Numbered from the stretch's first letter, positions 28,652 through 39,525 are shown. The stretch: 64,000 bases of DNA from an uncultured Mycoplasmatota bacterium (GCA_947642475.1 CANRSQ010000001.1:3991-67990), one strand, 5' to 3'. Translations and numbers: made by a program. Notes: a model not told the origin generated them from the sequence alone.

Positions 28652-29686
28652 ATGAAATTAATTAAGGAAAAACTTATTCCAATTTATGAATATATTAAAT
28701 CTTATTTATTTCCTAGTAAGGTTTCTTTAGATTTTGATAATTCTAAAACTGTTTATATGTTTTTATGTCCTGACTATGGTAATATTGGGGATATTGCGAT
28801 TGGGTACGCCCAAAAGAAATTTATTGTGGAAAATTATCCTGATTACAATGTCGTAGAAATTATGATATCTAATACTTATGATTATATTATGAAGATTAAA
28901 AGGAACATTAAAAAGGATGATGTTATTGCTTTAATTGGTGGTGGAAATTTTGGTGATATGTATCCAAAAGCTGATTTTATGAGGTTATTTATTATTAAAA
29001 ATTTTAAAAATAATAAAATTATTTCTTTTCCTCAAACTATTAATTTTAGTGATAGTAAATATGGTCAAAGAAGGCTTTCTAAAAATATTAAGGTTATTAA
29101 TAATCATAAGGATATTGTTTTATTTGCAAGGGAACAGATTTCTTATGATTTAATGAAAGAATATTTTCCTAATAAAGAAGTATATTTATGTCCTGATATT
29201 GTTTTATCTTTAAATATGGTTAAAGTTTCTAAAAGAGATAATGTATTATTTGCTTTTAGAAATGATGATGAGAAAAAGATTAATGATGAATTTATAGATA
29301 ATCTTACTAAGTTTATTAATAGTAAAAATGAGGGAATTGTACTTAGGGATACTACGATACCTAATGATGAATTTGTTTGTGATGAAAGGCTTAATTATTT
29401 AAATAATCTTTTAGCTGATTTTGGTAAAGCTAAATTAGTTATTACTGACAGACTTCACGGAATGATATTTAGTTATATTACCGCTACTCCATGTATTGTT
29501 TTACCTAACAGTAATCATAAAATTAAATCTACTTATGATACATGGCTTAAAGATTGTGATTATATCAAATTTATTTCTGATTTAGATAATATTGATAGTG
29601 ATACCTACAAATTATTATCTTTAAATAATGTTATAAAAACTGATTTTAAAGATAAATATATTGATTTAAAAAATTGTTTTAAATAG
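28652..29686 (+). CDS. Polysaccharide pyruvyl transferase
   Basis: DYGNIGDIAIGYA and GGGNFGD motifs of the PS_pyruv_trans family. Confidence 0.7.
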   Translation: MKLIKEKLIPIYEYIKSYLFPSKVSLDFDNSKTVYMFLCPDYGNIGDIAIGYAQKKFIVENYPDYNVVEIMISNTYDYIMKIKRNIKKDDVIALIGGGNFGDMYPKADFMRLFIIKNFKNNKIISFPQTINFSDSKYGQRRLSKNIKVINNHKDIVLFAREQISYDLMKEYFPNKEVYLCPDIVLSLNMVKVSKRDNVLFAFRNDDEKKINDEFIDNLTKFINSKNEGIVLRDTTIPNDEFVCDERLNYLNNLLADFGKAKLVITDRLHGMIFSYITATPCIVLPNSNHKIKSTYDTWLKDCDYIKFISDLDNIDSDTYKLLSLNNVIKTDFKDKYIDLKNCFK

Positions 29687-29695
29687 GAGTTTAGT

Positions 29696-31093
29696 ATGGA
29701 TAAGAAAAAAGAATTATTTGGAAATACTGTTATTATTTTTATTGGTAAAATACTTCCACAAGTACTTTCTTTTTTCATGCTTTATTTATATACTTCTTTT
29801 TTAAGTACTAGTGAATATGGATCTGTTGATTTAATTATTACTTATGTTTCGTTACTTGCCCCTATTATTACTTTGCAGCTGGAAATGGCGATGTTTAGAT
29901 TTTTGATTGATGCTCGTGATAATGATGATGAAAAGAAAAAACTAATTAGTAACAATTATATTTGTTTAATTATTTTTTCTGTGGTATTTACTATTTTGTA
30001 TTTAATAGTAATGTCTTTTATTCATTTTAAGTTTACTTTAGTTGTATTATTCTATATACTAGCGACTATCTTTATGTCTAATGCGATGCAGATTGCTCGT
30101 GGCCTTGGTAAAAATAAGGTATTTGCTTATGCGAGTATTATTAATGCGATTATTCTTGTAATTAGTAATATTTATTTATTGGTATTTTTACATTTTGGTA
30201 TGTATGGAATGCTTTTATCTTTTGTTATCGCAAATGTTATTACATTTATTTATTTAGTATTTAGTCTTGGTTTATATAAACATATTGATTTTAAAAAAGC
30301 TTCTTTTGATAAAACTAAGGAATTAATTAAATATTCTTTACCTTTAATTCCTAATGGAATTTCTTGGTGGATTATTAATGCGGCTGATAGAACTATTATA
30401 AGTGCCGTTTTAGGAACGGCGGCTAATGGTATTTATGCGATTAGTAATAAGTTTCCGGCGATTTTATCTAGTCTGGGAACGGTATTTAGTTTGTCTTGGA
30501 GCGAGTCTGCTTCACTTCATATTAATGATAAGGATAGAGATAGTTTCTTTTCTTCAGTGTGTAATAATTCTTTAAAAATATTTGGTAGTTTAAGTATTTT
30601 GATTATTGCGGTTATTCCTTTTGTTTTTGGTGTCCTAATTAATCCTAATTTTAATGAAGCTTATAAATATATTCCAATTTTAGTACTTGGGGCTTTGTGC
30701 AACAACATGGTTATTTGTTATAGTGCTATTTATATTGCGAAAAAGCTTACTAAAAAGGTTATGAATACTTCTATTATGTCTGCGGTTATTAATATTGTTA
30801 TTAATTTGGTTTTAATTAAGTTTATCGGTATTTATGCGGCAGCTATATCTACTTTTATTGCTTATTTTGTAATGCTTATTTATAGACATTTTGATGTGTT
30901 GAAATATGTTAAAATTAAATATGATTTTTCTTTGATTTTGAAGATTAGTATAATGTTTATTTTTGTTTCTATTTTATATTATATTAATAATTTTTACCTT
31001 AATATTTTAGCTTTATTAATTGGATGTATTTTTACTTTTGTTTTAAATGGTAGTTTAATTAATGAAGTTAAAAGGATGTTTTTAAGAAGATAA
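29696..31093 (+). CDS. Wzx-type polysaccharide flippase (PST family)
   Basis: 465 aa, about 12 TM helices. Typical terminal position in the cluster. Confidence 0.8.
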   Translation: MDKKKELFGNTVIIFIGKILPQVLSFFMLYLYTSFLSTSEYGSVDLIITYVSLLAPIITLQLEMAMFRFLIDARDNDDEKKKLISNNYICLIIFSVVFTILYLIVMSFIHFKFTLVVLFYILATIFMSNAMQIARGLGKNKVFAYASIINAIILVISNIYLLVFLHFGMYGMLLSFVIANVITFIYLVFSLGLYKHIDFKKASFDKTKELIKYSLPLIPNGISWWIINAADRTIISAVLGTAANGIYAISNKFPAILSSLGTVFSLSWSESASLHINDKDRDSFFSSVCNNSLKIFGSLSILIIAVIPFVFGVLINPNFNEAYKYIPILVLGALCNNMVICYSAIYIAKKLTKKVMNTSIMSAVINIVINLVLIKFIGIYAAAISTFIAYFVMLIYRHFDVLKYVKIKYDFSLILKISIMFIFVSILYYINNFYLNILALLIGCIFTFVLNGSLINEVKRMFLRR

Positions 31094-31116
31094 TAGTTTT
31101 TATTATCTTTTTTATT
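31086..31116 (+). terminator. Terminator after wzx
   Basis: AGATAATA / TATTATCT hairpin followed by T5. Confidence 0.6.
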
Positions 31117-31169
31117 TGTGGATAATTTTTTGTGATGTGTGATATAATGTTTAAAGGAGATGATAAGCA

Positions 31170-31874
31170 ATGGTTACTTTTGAAAAAAATACACGTCTTA
31201 AAAACATTTTAAAAGGTATATTTGTTATCTTACTTTATTTTTTTGTAAGTTTATTTAAGGAACTTCCTTTATTGTTAATGGGGCTTCATTATGACTCTTT
31301 AAGTATTTTTGGAAAAGAATTTTATTCTATTTTGATTGAAGTTTTACTTATTTTAGCTATTTTCTTTATTTTTAAAGATGAGTTTAAAAGGGCTTTTACT
31401 GATTTAAAGAAAAATCATTTGAAATATTTTACTAGTAATTTTAAATACTATATTGCTGGTGTGATTATTATGATGATGGCTAATTCTTTAATTTTAATTT
31501 TAGGTGGGAACTCTTCTGATAATGAAACTGCTATCCGTAGCCAATTTGATATGTACCCTATTTTTACTTTTATTTCAGCTGTCTTCTTGGCCCCTATTTT
31601 AGAGGAAAGCGTATTTAGATTAAGTTTTAGAAATATATTTAAAAATAATATTTTATTTATTTTGGCTTCTGGATTTATCTTTGGTGGTCTTCATTTAACT
31701 GGTATGTTTGATAGTAATTTATTTTTCTTATATTTAGTTGCTTATTCTGCGATGGGTGTAGCTTTTGCTTATATGCTTGCTAAAACTAACAATATTTTTG
31801 TAACAATGGGATTTCATTTTATGCATAATGGAATACTTATGTCTTTACAAACTTTTATATTATTATTTGGATAA
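31170..31874 (+). CDS. CPBP (CAAX protease / Abi) family intramembrane metalloprotease
   Basis: EESVFR, FGGLH and HFMHN motifs. Own extended -10 promoter (TGaTATAAT). Confidence 0.8.
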   Translation: MVTFEKNTRLKNILKGIFVILLYFFVSLFKELPLLLMGLHYDSLSIFGKEFYSILIEVLLILAIFFIFKDEFKRAFTDLKKNHLKYFTSNFKYYIAGVIIMMMANSLILILGGNSSDNETAIRSQFDMYPIFTFISAVFLAPILEESVFRLSFRNIFKNNILFILASGFIFGGLHLTGMFDSNLFFLYLVAYSAMGVAFAYMLAKTNNIFVTMGFHFMHNGILMSLQTFILLFG

Positions 31875-31916
31875 AAAGCTTTTAGCTTTTTTTTGTTTGT
31901 GGTAAAATTATGGTAG

Positions 31917-32801
31917 GTGAATAATATGGGCAAGAAAAGGGAGAAACATTTTAGCCTTGTTAAATTTATCTTTATCATTATTTTGATTGGTTTATTTATA
32001 TTTGCTTATGGTTCTTACATTGAACCTAAACAGTTGGCGGTTAAAGAAAATGTAATTAAAAATGATAATATTACGGATAATTTTGATGGGTTTAAAATTG
32101 TTAGTCTTAGTGATATACATTATGGTGAAAACTTTGGAAAAGATGAGCTTAAAAAACTAGTTGATAGAGTTAATGAATTAAATCCTGATGTGGTTGTTAT
32201 GACTGGTGATTTAATTGATGATGATACGAAAATGACGACTAGTATGGCTACTGAGATTTCTAAAGAGCTTAAAAGGATTTCGGCTGGAAGTGGAAAATAT
32301 ATTATTTCTGGTGAAAATGATACGAAGTTTGATGAGTGGGAAAATATTATTGCTGGCGGCGAATTTATGAATTTGAATAATAGTTATGATTCTATTTATA
32401 AAAATGGTTATGATAGTATTTTGATTGCTGGTGTTAGTTCTTTTGCTGATAAGGAATCGATTGTGAATAAAAATCAAAAGAATCAAAATTATATTAATTC
32501 TTTTGAAAAGGATGGCCCTATTTATAAAATATTACTTATGCATGAACCTGATTATATTGATGAACTTGAAGATAACAAATATGATTTAGTTTTGGCTGGT
32601 CATTCACATGGTGGTCAAATTAGAGTTCCTTTTGTTAGTGAGTTATTACTTCCTAAGGGAGCAACTAAGTATTCTTCTGGATATTATAAAATTGGTAATA
32701 GTGATTTATATGTTTCTAATGGAATTGGAGTATCTGATTTTAATTTTAGGTTATTTAATACTCCGACTATTGATGTTTATAGACTTGTTAAGTCAAAATA
32801 A
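31917..32801 (+). CDS. Membrane-anchored metallophosphoesterase (YkuE-like)
   Basis: LSDIHYG, GDLIDD and GHSHGGQ calcineurin-like motifs. Confidence 0.8.
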   Translation: MNNMGKKREKHFSLVKFIFIIILIGLFIFAYGSYIEPKQLAVKENVIKNDNITDNFDGFKIVSLSDIHYGENFGKDELKKLVDRVNELNPDVVVMTGDLIDDDTKMTTSMATEISKELKRISAGSGKYIISGENDTKFDEWENIIAGGEFMNLNNSYDSIYKNGYDSILIAGVSSFADKESIVNKNQKNQNYINSFEKDGPIYKILLMHEPDYIDELEDNKYDLVLAGHSHGGQIRVPFVSELLLPKGATKYSSGYYKIGNSDLYVSNGIGVSDFNFRLFNTPTIDVYRLVKSK

Positions 32802-32802
32802 A

Positions 32803-32833
32803 ATACTCTTTTATGAGTATTTTTTTTGACGTT
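32803..32833 (+). terminator. Terminator after metallophosphoesterase gene
   Basis: AATACTC / GAGTATT hairpin followed by T8. Confidence 0.6.
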
Positions 32834-32939
32834 TATTTTACAGGTTATTTTTTATTTATTTTATAGTAGTGTTTAGTAACATAATCGTAAGGTAACATTC
32901 TACAAAGACTTACATTTTTTGCGGAAAGTGTAAAGTCTA

Positions 32940-34118
32940 CTATCTTCTTTTTAGTTTAACGACATTTTCTATATGGTAGGTGTTTGGGAACATTTCTACT
33001 GGTGTTACTTCTTCGATGTTATATTTTTGATTTAAAATTTTTAAGTCTCTGGCAAGGGTGATTGGATCACATGATATATATACCATTATTTCTGGATTTA
33101 TTTTTAAGATATCTTCTATTCCTTCTTGGGTTAATCCACTTCTAGGTGGGTCGACGATTATTAAATCGGCTTTTAGTTTTTTTATTTCTTTTCCGGCATC
33201 ACCACATATGAATTCTACATTAGTTATATTGTTTTGTTTTTTATTTTCATTTGCGCATTTTATGGCTTCTTTATTTATTTCTATTCCGATTACTTTTTTG
33301 AAATATTTACTTAGTAATAGACTAATTGTTCCGGTTCCGCAGTATAAATCTAAGACTGTTTTATTTGGGTTTTCGTTTAAATAATTGATGGCGATATCAT
33401 ATAATTTTTCGGTCATATTTTTATTTATTTGAAAGAATGAATCTTTTGATACGTTTAGTTTTAAATCTTTTAGTTTTGTTTTTATGAATGGTTTACCTTT
33501 GATTAGTGTGTTATTGATATAGATGGTATCTACTTTATCTTTGATGTTTTCGATATTCATTTTTCCGTCTATTATTATCATTATTTTTTCAAATTCTTTG
33601 ATGGTAATTTCTTTTACTTTGGATAAATCTTCTTTATTTAAAATGTTTATTAGTTCATTTATTTTTTCACTTACTAATTCACATCTATTTATTGGTAAAA
33701 ATTCATGACTTTCGTTGGTATAATACCCTACTTTATTATTTACTTTTAGGGTTATTTTATTTCTATAATGGTTTATATTATTATCATAAACTATATTGTT
33801 TATTTTAGGATTTATTTTAGTGAATTTATTTAGGATGTCTTTGACTTTATTTTGTTTATATTCTAGTTGCGCTTTATAGTTTAAATATTTTAGGTGACAT
33901 CCACAGTTTTGGTATGGGCATTTTGGTTTTATTCTATCTTTACTTTCTTTAGTAAGGTTAATTATTTTAGCTTCAGCATATTTCTTTTTATTGTTTATAA
34001 TTTGTATGGTTGCTTCTTCAGTTGGCAAAAGGTTTCTTACAAAGGTTATTTTATTATTTATTTGTACTATTCCTCTTCCTTTATCGTCTAGTCTAAGACA
34101 TTTTACTTCATGTTTCAT
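32940..34118 (-). CDS. 23S rRNA (uracil-C5)-methyltransferase RlmCD/RumA family
   Basis: TRAM domain. CPYQNCGCHLKY Fe-S Cys cluster. DLYCGTGT SAM motif. Confidence 0.85.
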   Translation of the reverse strand: MKHEVKCLRLDDKGRGIVQINNKITFVRNLLPTEEATIQIINNKKKYAEAKIINLTKESKDRIKPKCPYQNCGCHLKYLNYKAQLEYKQNKVKDILNKFTKINPKINNIVYDNNINHYRNKITLKVNNKVGYYTNESHEFLPINRCELVSEKINELINILNKEDLSKVKEITIKEFEKIMIIIDGKMNIENIKDKVDTIYINNTLIKGKPFIKTKLKDLKLNVSKDSFFQINKNMTEKLYDIAINYLNENPNKTVLDLYCGTGTISLLLSKYFKKVIGIEINKEAIKCANENKKQNNITNVEFICGDAGKEIKKLKADLIIVDPPRSGLTQEGIEDILKINPEIMVYISCDPITLARDLKILNQKYNIEEVTPVEMFPNTYHIENVVKLKRR

Positions 34119-34123
34119 TTTAT

Positions 34124-34924
34124 CTAGTCCTTTAATATTTTTATTTCTTTGGCAAGTGTTTGATATGATGTATTATTGGTGCATATCACATCAAACTTTT
34201 TTTGGTAATTTTCTAAATTTTCGTTTATTTTTTCATCTAAAAATCCTATTTTTAATGAGTGTTTTTTGGTATTTTTAGTCATGTTGGCATCGGTTATTGT
34301 ATCGCCCATAAGAATAACGTTTGGTCTATTTAATATGGTTTCTTGGATGTGTTTTGGAAAAATTATTTGGTCTTTATTTGATGAATGAATTATTTCTTCG
34401 GTTATTCCTTTGGCGACTCCATCTTTAAAAATCAATGTATTGGCGATGATATATATGTTATCGTAATTACAATTATTTTTGATTAGAAATTCTTCTATAA
34501 AATTACTAATACCAGCGGATATGATAATAACTGGAATATTTCTTTTATGCATATTTTCAAGGAATTCTTTAGCGCCTTCTCTAAATTCCATAAAATTGGG
34601 ATTTTTGGTTGCTTCTTCTAATGTTTGTTTTGATAGTTTGTATTTGATAAAAAGATTTATTGTGTCTTCCCACCATTTTTTCATGTGGTTTGCTTTAATT
34701 TTTTCATCTATGGTTGTGTCTAGTTCGATTGGTCTATAATAATTATACATTTCGTTTCTTTCTTTAATATATTCTGGGGCGATACTATCGTTTTCCTTTA
34801 AAAATCCCCATGAACTTTGACTATTATTTGAGGTAATTGTTTTATCAAAATCGGTTAATATGTAAATGGTACCATCGTTCCAATCTTTTATTTTTTCTAA
34901 AAGTCCTTTTTTATAAATTATCAT
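34124..34924 (-). CDS. HAD-superfamily hydrolase (5'-nucleotidase-like)
   Basis: ILTDFDKTIT motif I (DxDxT). GDTITD motif. Confidence 0.65.
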   Translation of the reverse strand: MIIYKKGLLEKIKDWNDGTIYILTDFDKTITSNNSQSSWGFLKENDSIAPEYIKERNEMYNYYRPIELDTTIDEKIKANHMKKWWEDTINLFIKYKLSKQTLEEATKNPNFMEFREGAKEFLENMHKRNIPVIIISAGISNFIEEFLIKNNCNYDNIYIIANTLIFKDGVAKGITEEIIHSSNKDQIIFPKHIQETILNRPNVILMGDTITDANMTKNTKKHSLKIGFLDEKINENLENYQKKFDVICTNNTSYQTLAKEIKILKD

Positions 34925-35016
34925 ATGCGTGCTCCTTTTCTATATTATAGTATATCATATTTTATTTTTTTCTTATATTTTTTCTTTTTTTTACCATAAT
35001 AATTTTAGGTGGTTTT

Positions 35017-36480
35017 ATGAAAAAAATTAATAAGAAAGTAAGTAGTGTAATTAAACAAATTAGGACGTTATATGGAAATAGTGGTGACTTAAATACTAGG
35101 GTTATTAAGGTTAACGGTGTGGATGTTGGCGTTTTATTTATGGAAAGTTCTAGTGGGCCTGGTGATATTAGTGACCGCATTATTAAAAGTATTGATTATT
35201 TAACTGAGGAAAATTTATATAATAATTTATATAATTTATTAAAAAATAGTATTTTTAATTCACAAGTATTAACTACTAATAATTTTGATGAGTTTGCTTA
35301 TTATTTATCTAGTGGTTTTACAATTATTGTGGTTGATGGTGTTTCTGAAGCTATTGTAATGGAAACTCGTGCGGATCTCGATCGCGGAGTTACGGAATCT
35401 ACCAGTGAGCCTATTTTAAGGGGTCCTAAAGATAGTTTTACTGAAAGTCATGCAAAGAATTTGGGCTTGGTACGTAAAAGGATTAAGGATCCTAATTTAT
35501 GGTTTGATGAGGTTAAGGTTGGTAAACGTACGGAAACTCGCGTTACTATTGCTTACTTAAATGATGTTGCAGATAAAAAAACAGTGAGTAATATTAAAAA
35601 AATTTTGAGTTCTATTGATGTTGATGGAATTTTGGATAGTGGAAATATTAAGGAGTACTTGCTTAAGGAAAAGTCTGTTTTTCCTCAGATTTTAAGTACG
35701 GAAAGACCTGATTTGGTATGTCAATCCATTTTAAATGGAAAGATTGCTTTGATTGTGGAGAATACTCCTTTTGTTTTGATTTTGCCTAATGTTTTTGTTG
35801 ATTTTATGCATACTTCGGAGGATCAATACCAAAAACCTCTTAATATTAGTTTTACGAGAATGTTGAAGGTTATGGCTTTGATTGTTACGTTGTTTACGCC
35901 GGCTATTTATATTGCGATTACAACTTTTGATCAGACGGCTGTTCCTGATAAGCTTTTGATTTCTCTGGCGGTTCAAAGGAGCGGAGTTCCTTTTCCAACT
36001 TTTTTTGAAATCATACTTCTTATGATTATTTTTGAAATTTTACGTGAGGGTGATATTAGATCGCCTTCTAATATGGGAACTTCGATGAGTATTGTTGGGG
36101 CTTTAGTGCTTGGTCAAGCAGCTGTTGATGCGGGGATTGTTTCTCCTATTGCGGTTATTGTTATTGCGATTACTTCTATTTGTAGTTTGATTTTTAATGA
36201 TGTTGATTTTATGAATGGTATTAGGGCTTGGCGTTTTATATTTATTTTATCGGCTACTTTCTTTGGGCTTATTGGCCTTGTGGCTTCTGGACTTGTTTGG
36301 CTACTTAAGCTTTCTTCTTTGGACTCTTTTGGCACACCTTTTATGGCGCCTTTTAGTCCTTTAATTAAGGCTAGTCAAAAGGATGCGATTTTACGTTTTC
36401 CTTTACCTAAGATTTTTAAACGTCCTTTATATTTGAATAATATGGATGAGATTAAACAGGGAGGTAAAAATGAGGAATAA
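35017..36480 (+). CDS. Spore germination protein, GerA family (A subunit)
   Basis: GerAA/GerKA-like profile with C-terminal TM helices. Confidence 0.85.
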   Translation: MKKINKKVSSVIKQIRTLYGNSGDLNTRVIKVNGVDVGVLFMESSSGPGDISDRIIKSIDYLTEENLYNNLYNLLKNSIFNSQVLTTNNFDEFAYYLSSGFTIIVVDGVSEAIVMETRADLDRGVTESTSEPILRGPKDSFTESHAKNLGLVRKRIKDPNLWFDEVKVGKRTETRVTIAYLNDVADKKTVSNIKKILSSIDVDGILDSGNIKEYLLKEKSVFPQILSTERPDLVCQSILNGKIALIVENTPFVLILPNVFVDFMHTSEDQYQKPLNISFTRMLKVMALIVTLFTPAIYIAITTFDQTAVPDKLLISLAVQRSGVPFPTFFEIILLMIIFEILREGDIRSPSNMGTSMSIVGALVLGQAAVDAGIVSPIAVIVIAITSICSLIFNDVDFMNGIRAWRFIFILSATFFGLIGLVASGLVWLLKLSSLDSFGTPFMAPFSPLIKASQKDAILRFPLPKIFKRPLYLNNMDEIKQGGKNEE

Positions 36481-37645
36481 GATTATTTTGCTTGCGATTT
36501 GTATTTTGCTTGTTTGTGGTTGTAGTAATTACCGTGAACTTGATGAACTGGCTATTATTACGGCTATTGCGATTGATAAAAGTGATGATGAGTATGAACT
36601 TAGTTTTTTGATTGCGAATTCGCCTAAAGCCCAAACAAGTAGTAAGGAGGGAGAGGCAACGACGACGGTCTTTTCTGGTAAGGGTAAAACTTTAACTGAA
36701 GCGGCGAACAGTGTGGATAGTAAAACTCCTAAGACTTTATATTATGGTCATATTAATGTGGCAATTATTTCTGAGGAGATTGCGCGCGAAGGATTTTTGG
36801 AGATTGCTGACTGGCTTCTTAGAAGTCCGGAAACTCGTAAGCAATTTTATTTAATGCAGGCTAAGGATAGTGACGCTAAGGATATTTTAAAGATTGTTGA
36901 GCCTTTGGAGGCGACTCCATCACAAAGTATTTCTTCGTTGATTGAGTCTAATATTAATTCACAGTCTATTACAACGACGATTAGTTATAGTCCTTTTATT
37001 GAAAGGGTTTTGGAAAAGGGTTATGATCCGATTTTGCCTTCGGTTTCTATTAGTGGGAAGGTTAAAAAAGGTAGTTCGGAAACTAATTTAGAGAAAACTG
37101 AACCGGCTGGTTATTTGAAACTTGATGATACGGCGATTTTTAGGGAGGATAAGTTTGTTGGTTATGTTGGAGTGACTGATAGTCAATCTATTAATGTTTT
37201 AAATGATTCTGTTAGTGAGCTTAAAATTGATTTTAAATATGATGGTAATGATGTTGTTTTTACTTCTGATAATATTAAAACAACTATTACTAATGAAAGT
37301 TTTAATCATTTTCGGGTTAAGGTAAAAGGTAGTGGTTTTGTTTCTGAGGTTAATGGTAAAATTGCTTTGGATGAACCGGCTATTGTTAAAAAAATGGAAA
37401 AGAAGTTGGAATCGGCTTTAGAGAAGCAGCTTAATAAAACTTTGAATAAGCTTCAAAATGAATATAAATGTGATGTTGTGGGATTTGGTAACAGGTTATA
37501 TGGAAAATATCCTAAACAGTGGGATAAGATTGAAGAACAATGGAATGATGAGTATTATCCTAAACTTAAGGTGGATATAACTTCTGATTTGACTATTGAA
37601 TCTTCTGGTTCACTTAACCGTGCGATTGAGGAGGTTAGATCATGA
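36470..37645 (+). CDS. Germinant receptor C subunit lipoprotein
   Basis: Lipobox LLVCGC. Ger(x)C-like. GGGAGGT RBS before the ATG at 36470. Confidence 0.8.
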   Translation: MRNKIILLAICILLVCGCSNYRELDELAIITAIAIDKSDDEYELSFLIANSPKAQTSSKEGEATTTVFSGKGKTLTEAANSVDSKTPKTLYYGHINVAIISEEIAREGFLEIADWLLRSPETRKQFYLMQAKDSDAKDILKIVEPLEATPSQSISSLIESNINSQSITTTISYSPFIERVLEKGYDPILPSVSISGKVKKGSSETNLEKTEPAGYLKLDDTAIFREDKFVGYVGVTDSQSINVLNDSVSELKIDFKYDGNDVVFTSDNIKTTITNESFNHFRVKVKGSGFVSEVNGKIALDEPAIVKKMEKKLESALEKQLNKTLNKLQNEYKCDVVGFGNRLYGKYPKQWDKIEEQWNDEYYPKLKVDITSDLTIESSGSLNRAIEEVRS

Positions 37646-38736
37646 AGAATATTAGTTCAATGGAATACAATAGTTTGGTTTGGTTTTTGATTCGTGCGGG
37701 TTATATTGGTATTAGTATTAGTAGTTTGATTGCGATTAGTGGTCGTGATTCTTGGCTTAGTGGAATTATTGCGTTATTTTTGGGGCTTATTCCTTTATTT
37801 ATTTTTAATCGTTTACGTGACTATGATGAAAAAATGAATATTTGTGATTTGAATGTGCATTTATTTGGAGGCTTTGGTAAATTTTTGAATGTTGTTTTAG
37901 CGCTTGGAGTTTTATTCGTGGCGCAAATTACTTTTCTTGATATGACGCATTTTATTAATTCACAATTTTTATATAAAACGCCTATTTGGGTTATTTCTAT
38001 CGTATTTATTATTCCTTTGATTTATAGTTTATTTAAAGGGATAAATGCGGTTTCTAGAACGGCATTGCTTTTGTTTTATGTGGTTATTTTTGTTATTATT
38101 TTCATTATTTTAGGAATTTCTAGTGGGGTTGAATTGGAAAATTTGAAACCGGTGTTTACTAAAGATTCTGTTTCTATACTTTATGGTTCTTTGGTTTTGG
38201 TGGCTTACAATGTTTTACCTTTATTTTTCTTACTTATTATTCCTAAATATAAATTAACTGGCTATAGTTCTAAAAAAAGTTTAGCATTTTATATTCTGGC
38301 GATGCTTAGTTTGGCTAATGCAGCTTTTATGACGATTGGTATTTTTGGACTTCAACTTTCGCTTTTATATGAATATCCTGAATTTCATTTACTTAAAAAG
38401 GTTCAAATTGGTGAATTTATTGACAGGGTTGAAAGTATTTTATCAATGGAGTGGATTTTAGCTTTATTTGTTTTACTTATGGTGGCTGTTTATTTTGTAA
38501 GTCGAGTTTTTGAACAAACTTTTAAGGCAAAAGAAAAAACAAATAATATTTTTAAGATTATTATTTGTTTGGTTATTCTGATTGTTAATCAATTTATTTT
38601 TACTACTAATGGCTCGGCTTATAAGTTTTTCCAAGATGATATGTTGATTATTATGTTTGTTATTTTTTTCTTTATTCCTTTGTTTATTTTGCTGGGATGT
38701 AAATTAAAGGGCTTTCATAATAAGAATAGCGCTTGA
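37642..38736 (+). CDS. Spore germination protein B subunit (APC-type permease)
   Basis: 10 TM helices, GerAB-like. Translationally coupled (ATGA overlap). Confidence 0.8.
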   Translation: MKNISSMEYNSLVWFLIRAGYIGISISSLIAISGRDSWLSGIIALFLGLIPLFIFNRLRDYDEKMNICDLNVHLFGGFGKFLNVVLALGVLFVAQITFLDMTHFINSQFLYKTPIWVISIVFIIPLIYSLFKGINAVSRTALLLFYVVIFVIIFIILGISSGVELENLKPVFTKDSVSILYGSLVLVAYNVLPLFFLLIIPKYKLTGYSSKKSLAFYILAMLSLANAAFMTIGIFGLQLSLLYEYPEFHLLKKVQIGEFIDRVESILSMEWILALFVLLMVAVYFVSRVFEQTFKAKEKTNNIFKIIICLVILIVNQFIFTTNGSAYKFFQDDMLIIMFVIFFFIPLFILLGCKLKGFHNKNSA

Positions 38737-39525
38737 TGTTATAATTGTTAAAACTAGGATTACTACTATTAAGATATTTAGTATTTTTCCTTTTTTCTTT
38801 CCTTCACCTTCAAAGTCTGATTTACTAAGTTTTAGACTTGAGGTAAAGAATGAACGATCATAAGTAGGCTCATTTGTGTCTACTTTTTTTGCTTTTACGA
38901 AGTCTTCATTATCTTCAATTAGTTCTTTGATATCTTTTATCTCCCCTATTTGGGTATCGTCATCTTGAAGATCGCTTAGAAGATCAGATGCTAGATCAAC
39001 ATCGTTTATTTTATTTAACATGCTTGTATTGGTGATGGTTTGAATTAAATCTTTTAATTCTTCTTCACCTTCTTCGGTATAGTCTTCTTTATGTAGTTCT
39101 TTTTTTAGGTCGATGTTTTTTAAAATGTTATATTGAGTATTTCTTAGTACTCTTTCTTTATCATCTGGTTCTTTGTTTTCTTTGGCTTCTTTTAAGATGT
39201 CTCTGATATCATAATTTTTGTCTTCGTTGCTTTCAAAGGTTCTTTGAATTACTGGTTTTGGTCTTTCTGGCTTATATTCACCTGTTATTCGGCGGTATTG
39301 TCTTTCTTTTTGATAATTTTCTCTATTTTTAAGCATTTCTTTTACTTTGGTGATATCTACTTCATTTGCATTATCAATTGAGGCAATTCCTTCGATATTT
39401 GAATATTTACTGCCTGTGTATATTTCTCCATATAGTTCTTTATTACGAGAACTACGTGAATCTGTATTAGCCTCGGCTCTAGCGTTTTTGTAATACTTTT
39501 GCATACGTGTCGCCATGTCTACCAC
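38704..39525 (-). CDS. Hypothetical acidic protein with C-terminal TM anchor
   Basis: 273 aa, charged and low complexity. Single C-terminal TM helix. Its 3' end overlaps the gerB 3' end by 33 nt. Confidence 0.45.
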   Translation of the reverse strand: MVDMATRMQKYYKNARAEANTDSRSSRNKELYGEIYTGSKYSNIEGIASIDNANEVDITKVKEMLKNRENYQKERQYRRITGEYKPERPKPVIQRTFESNEDKNYDIRDILKEAKENKEPDDKERVLRNTQYNILKNIDLKKELHKEDYTEEGEEELKDLIQTITNTSMLNKINDVDLASDLLSDLQDDDTQIGEIKDIKELIEDNEDFVKAKKVDTNEPTYDRSFFTSSLKLSKSDFEGEGKKKGKILNILIVVILVLTIITSSAILIMKAL

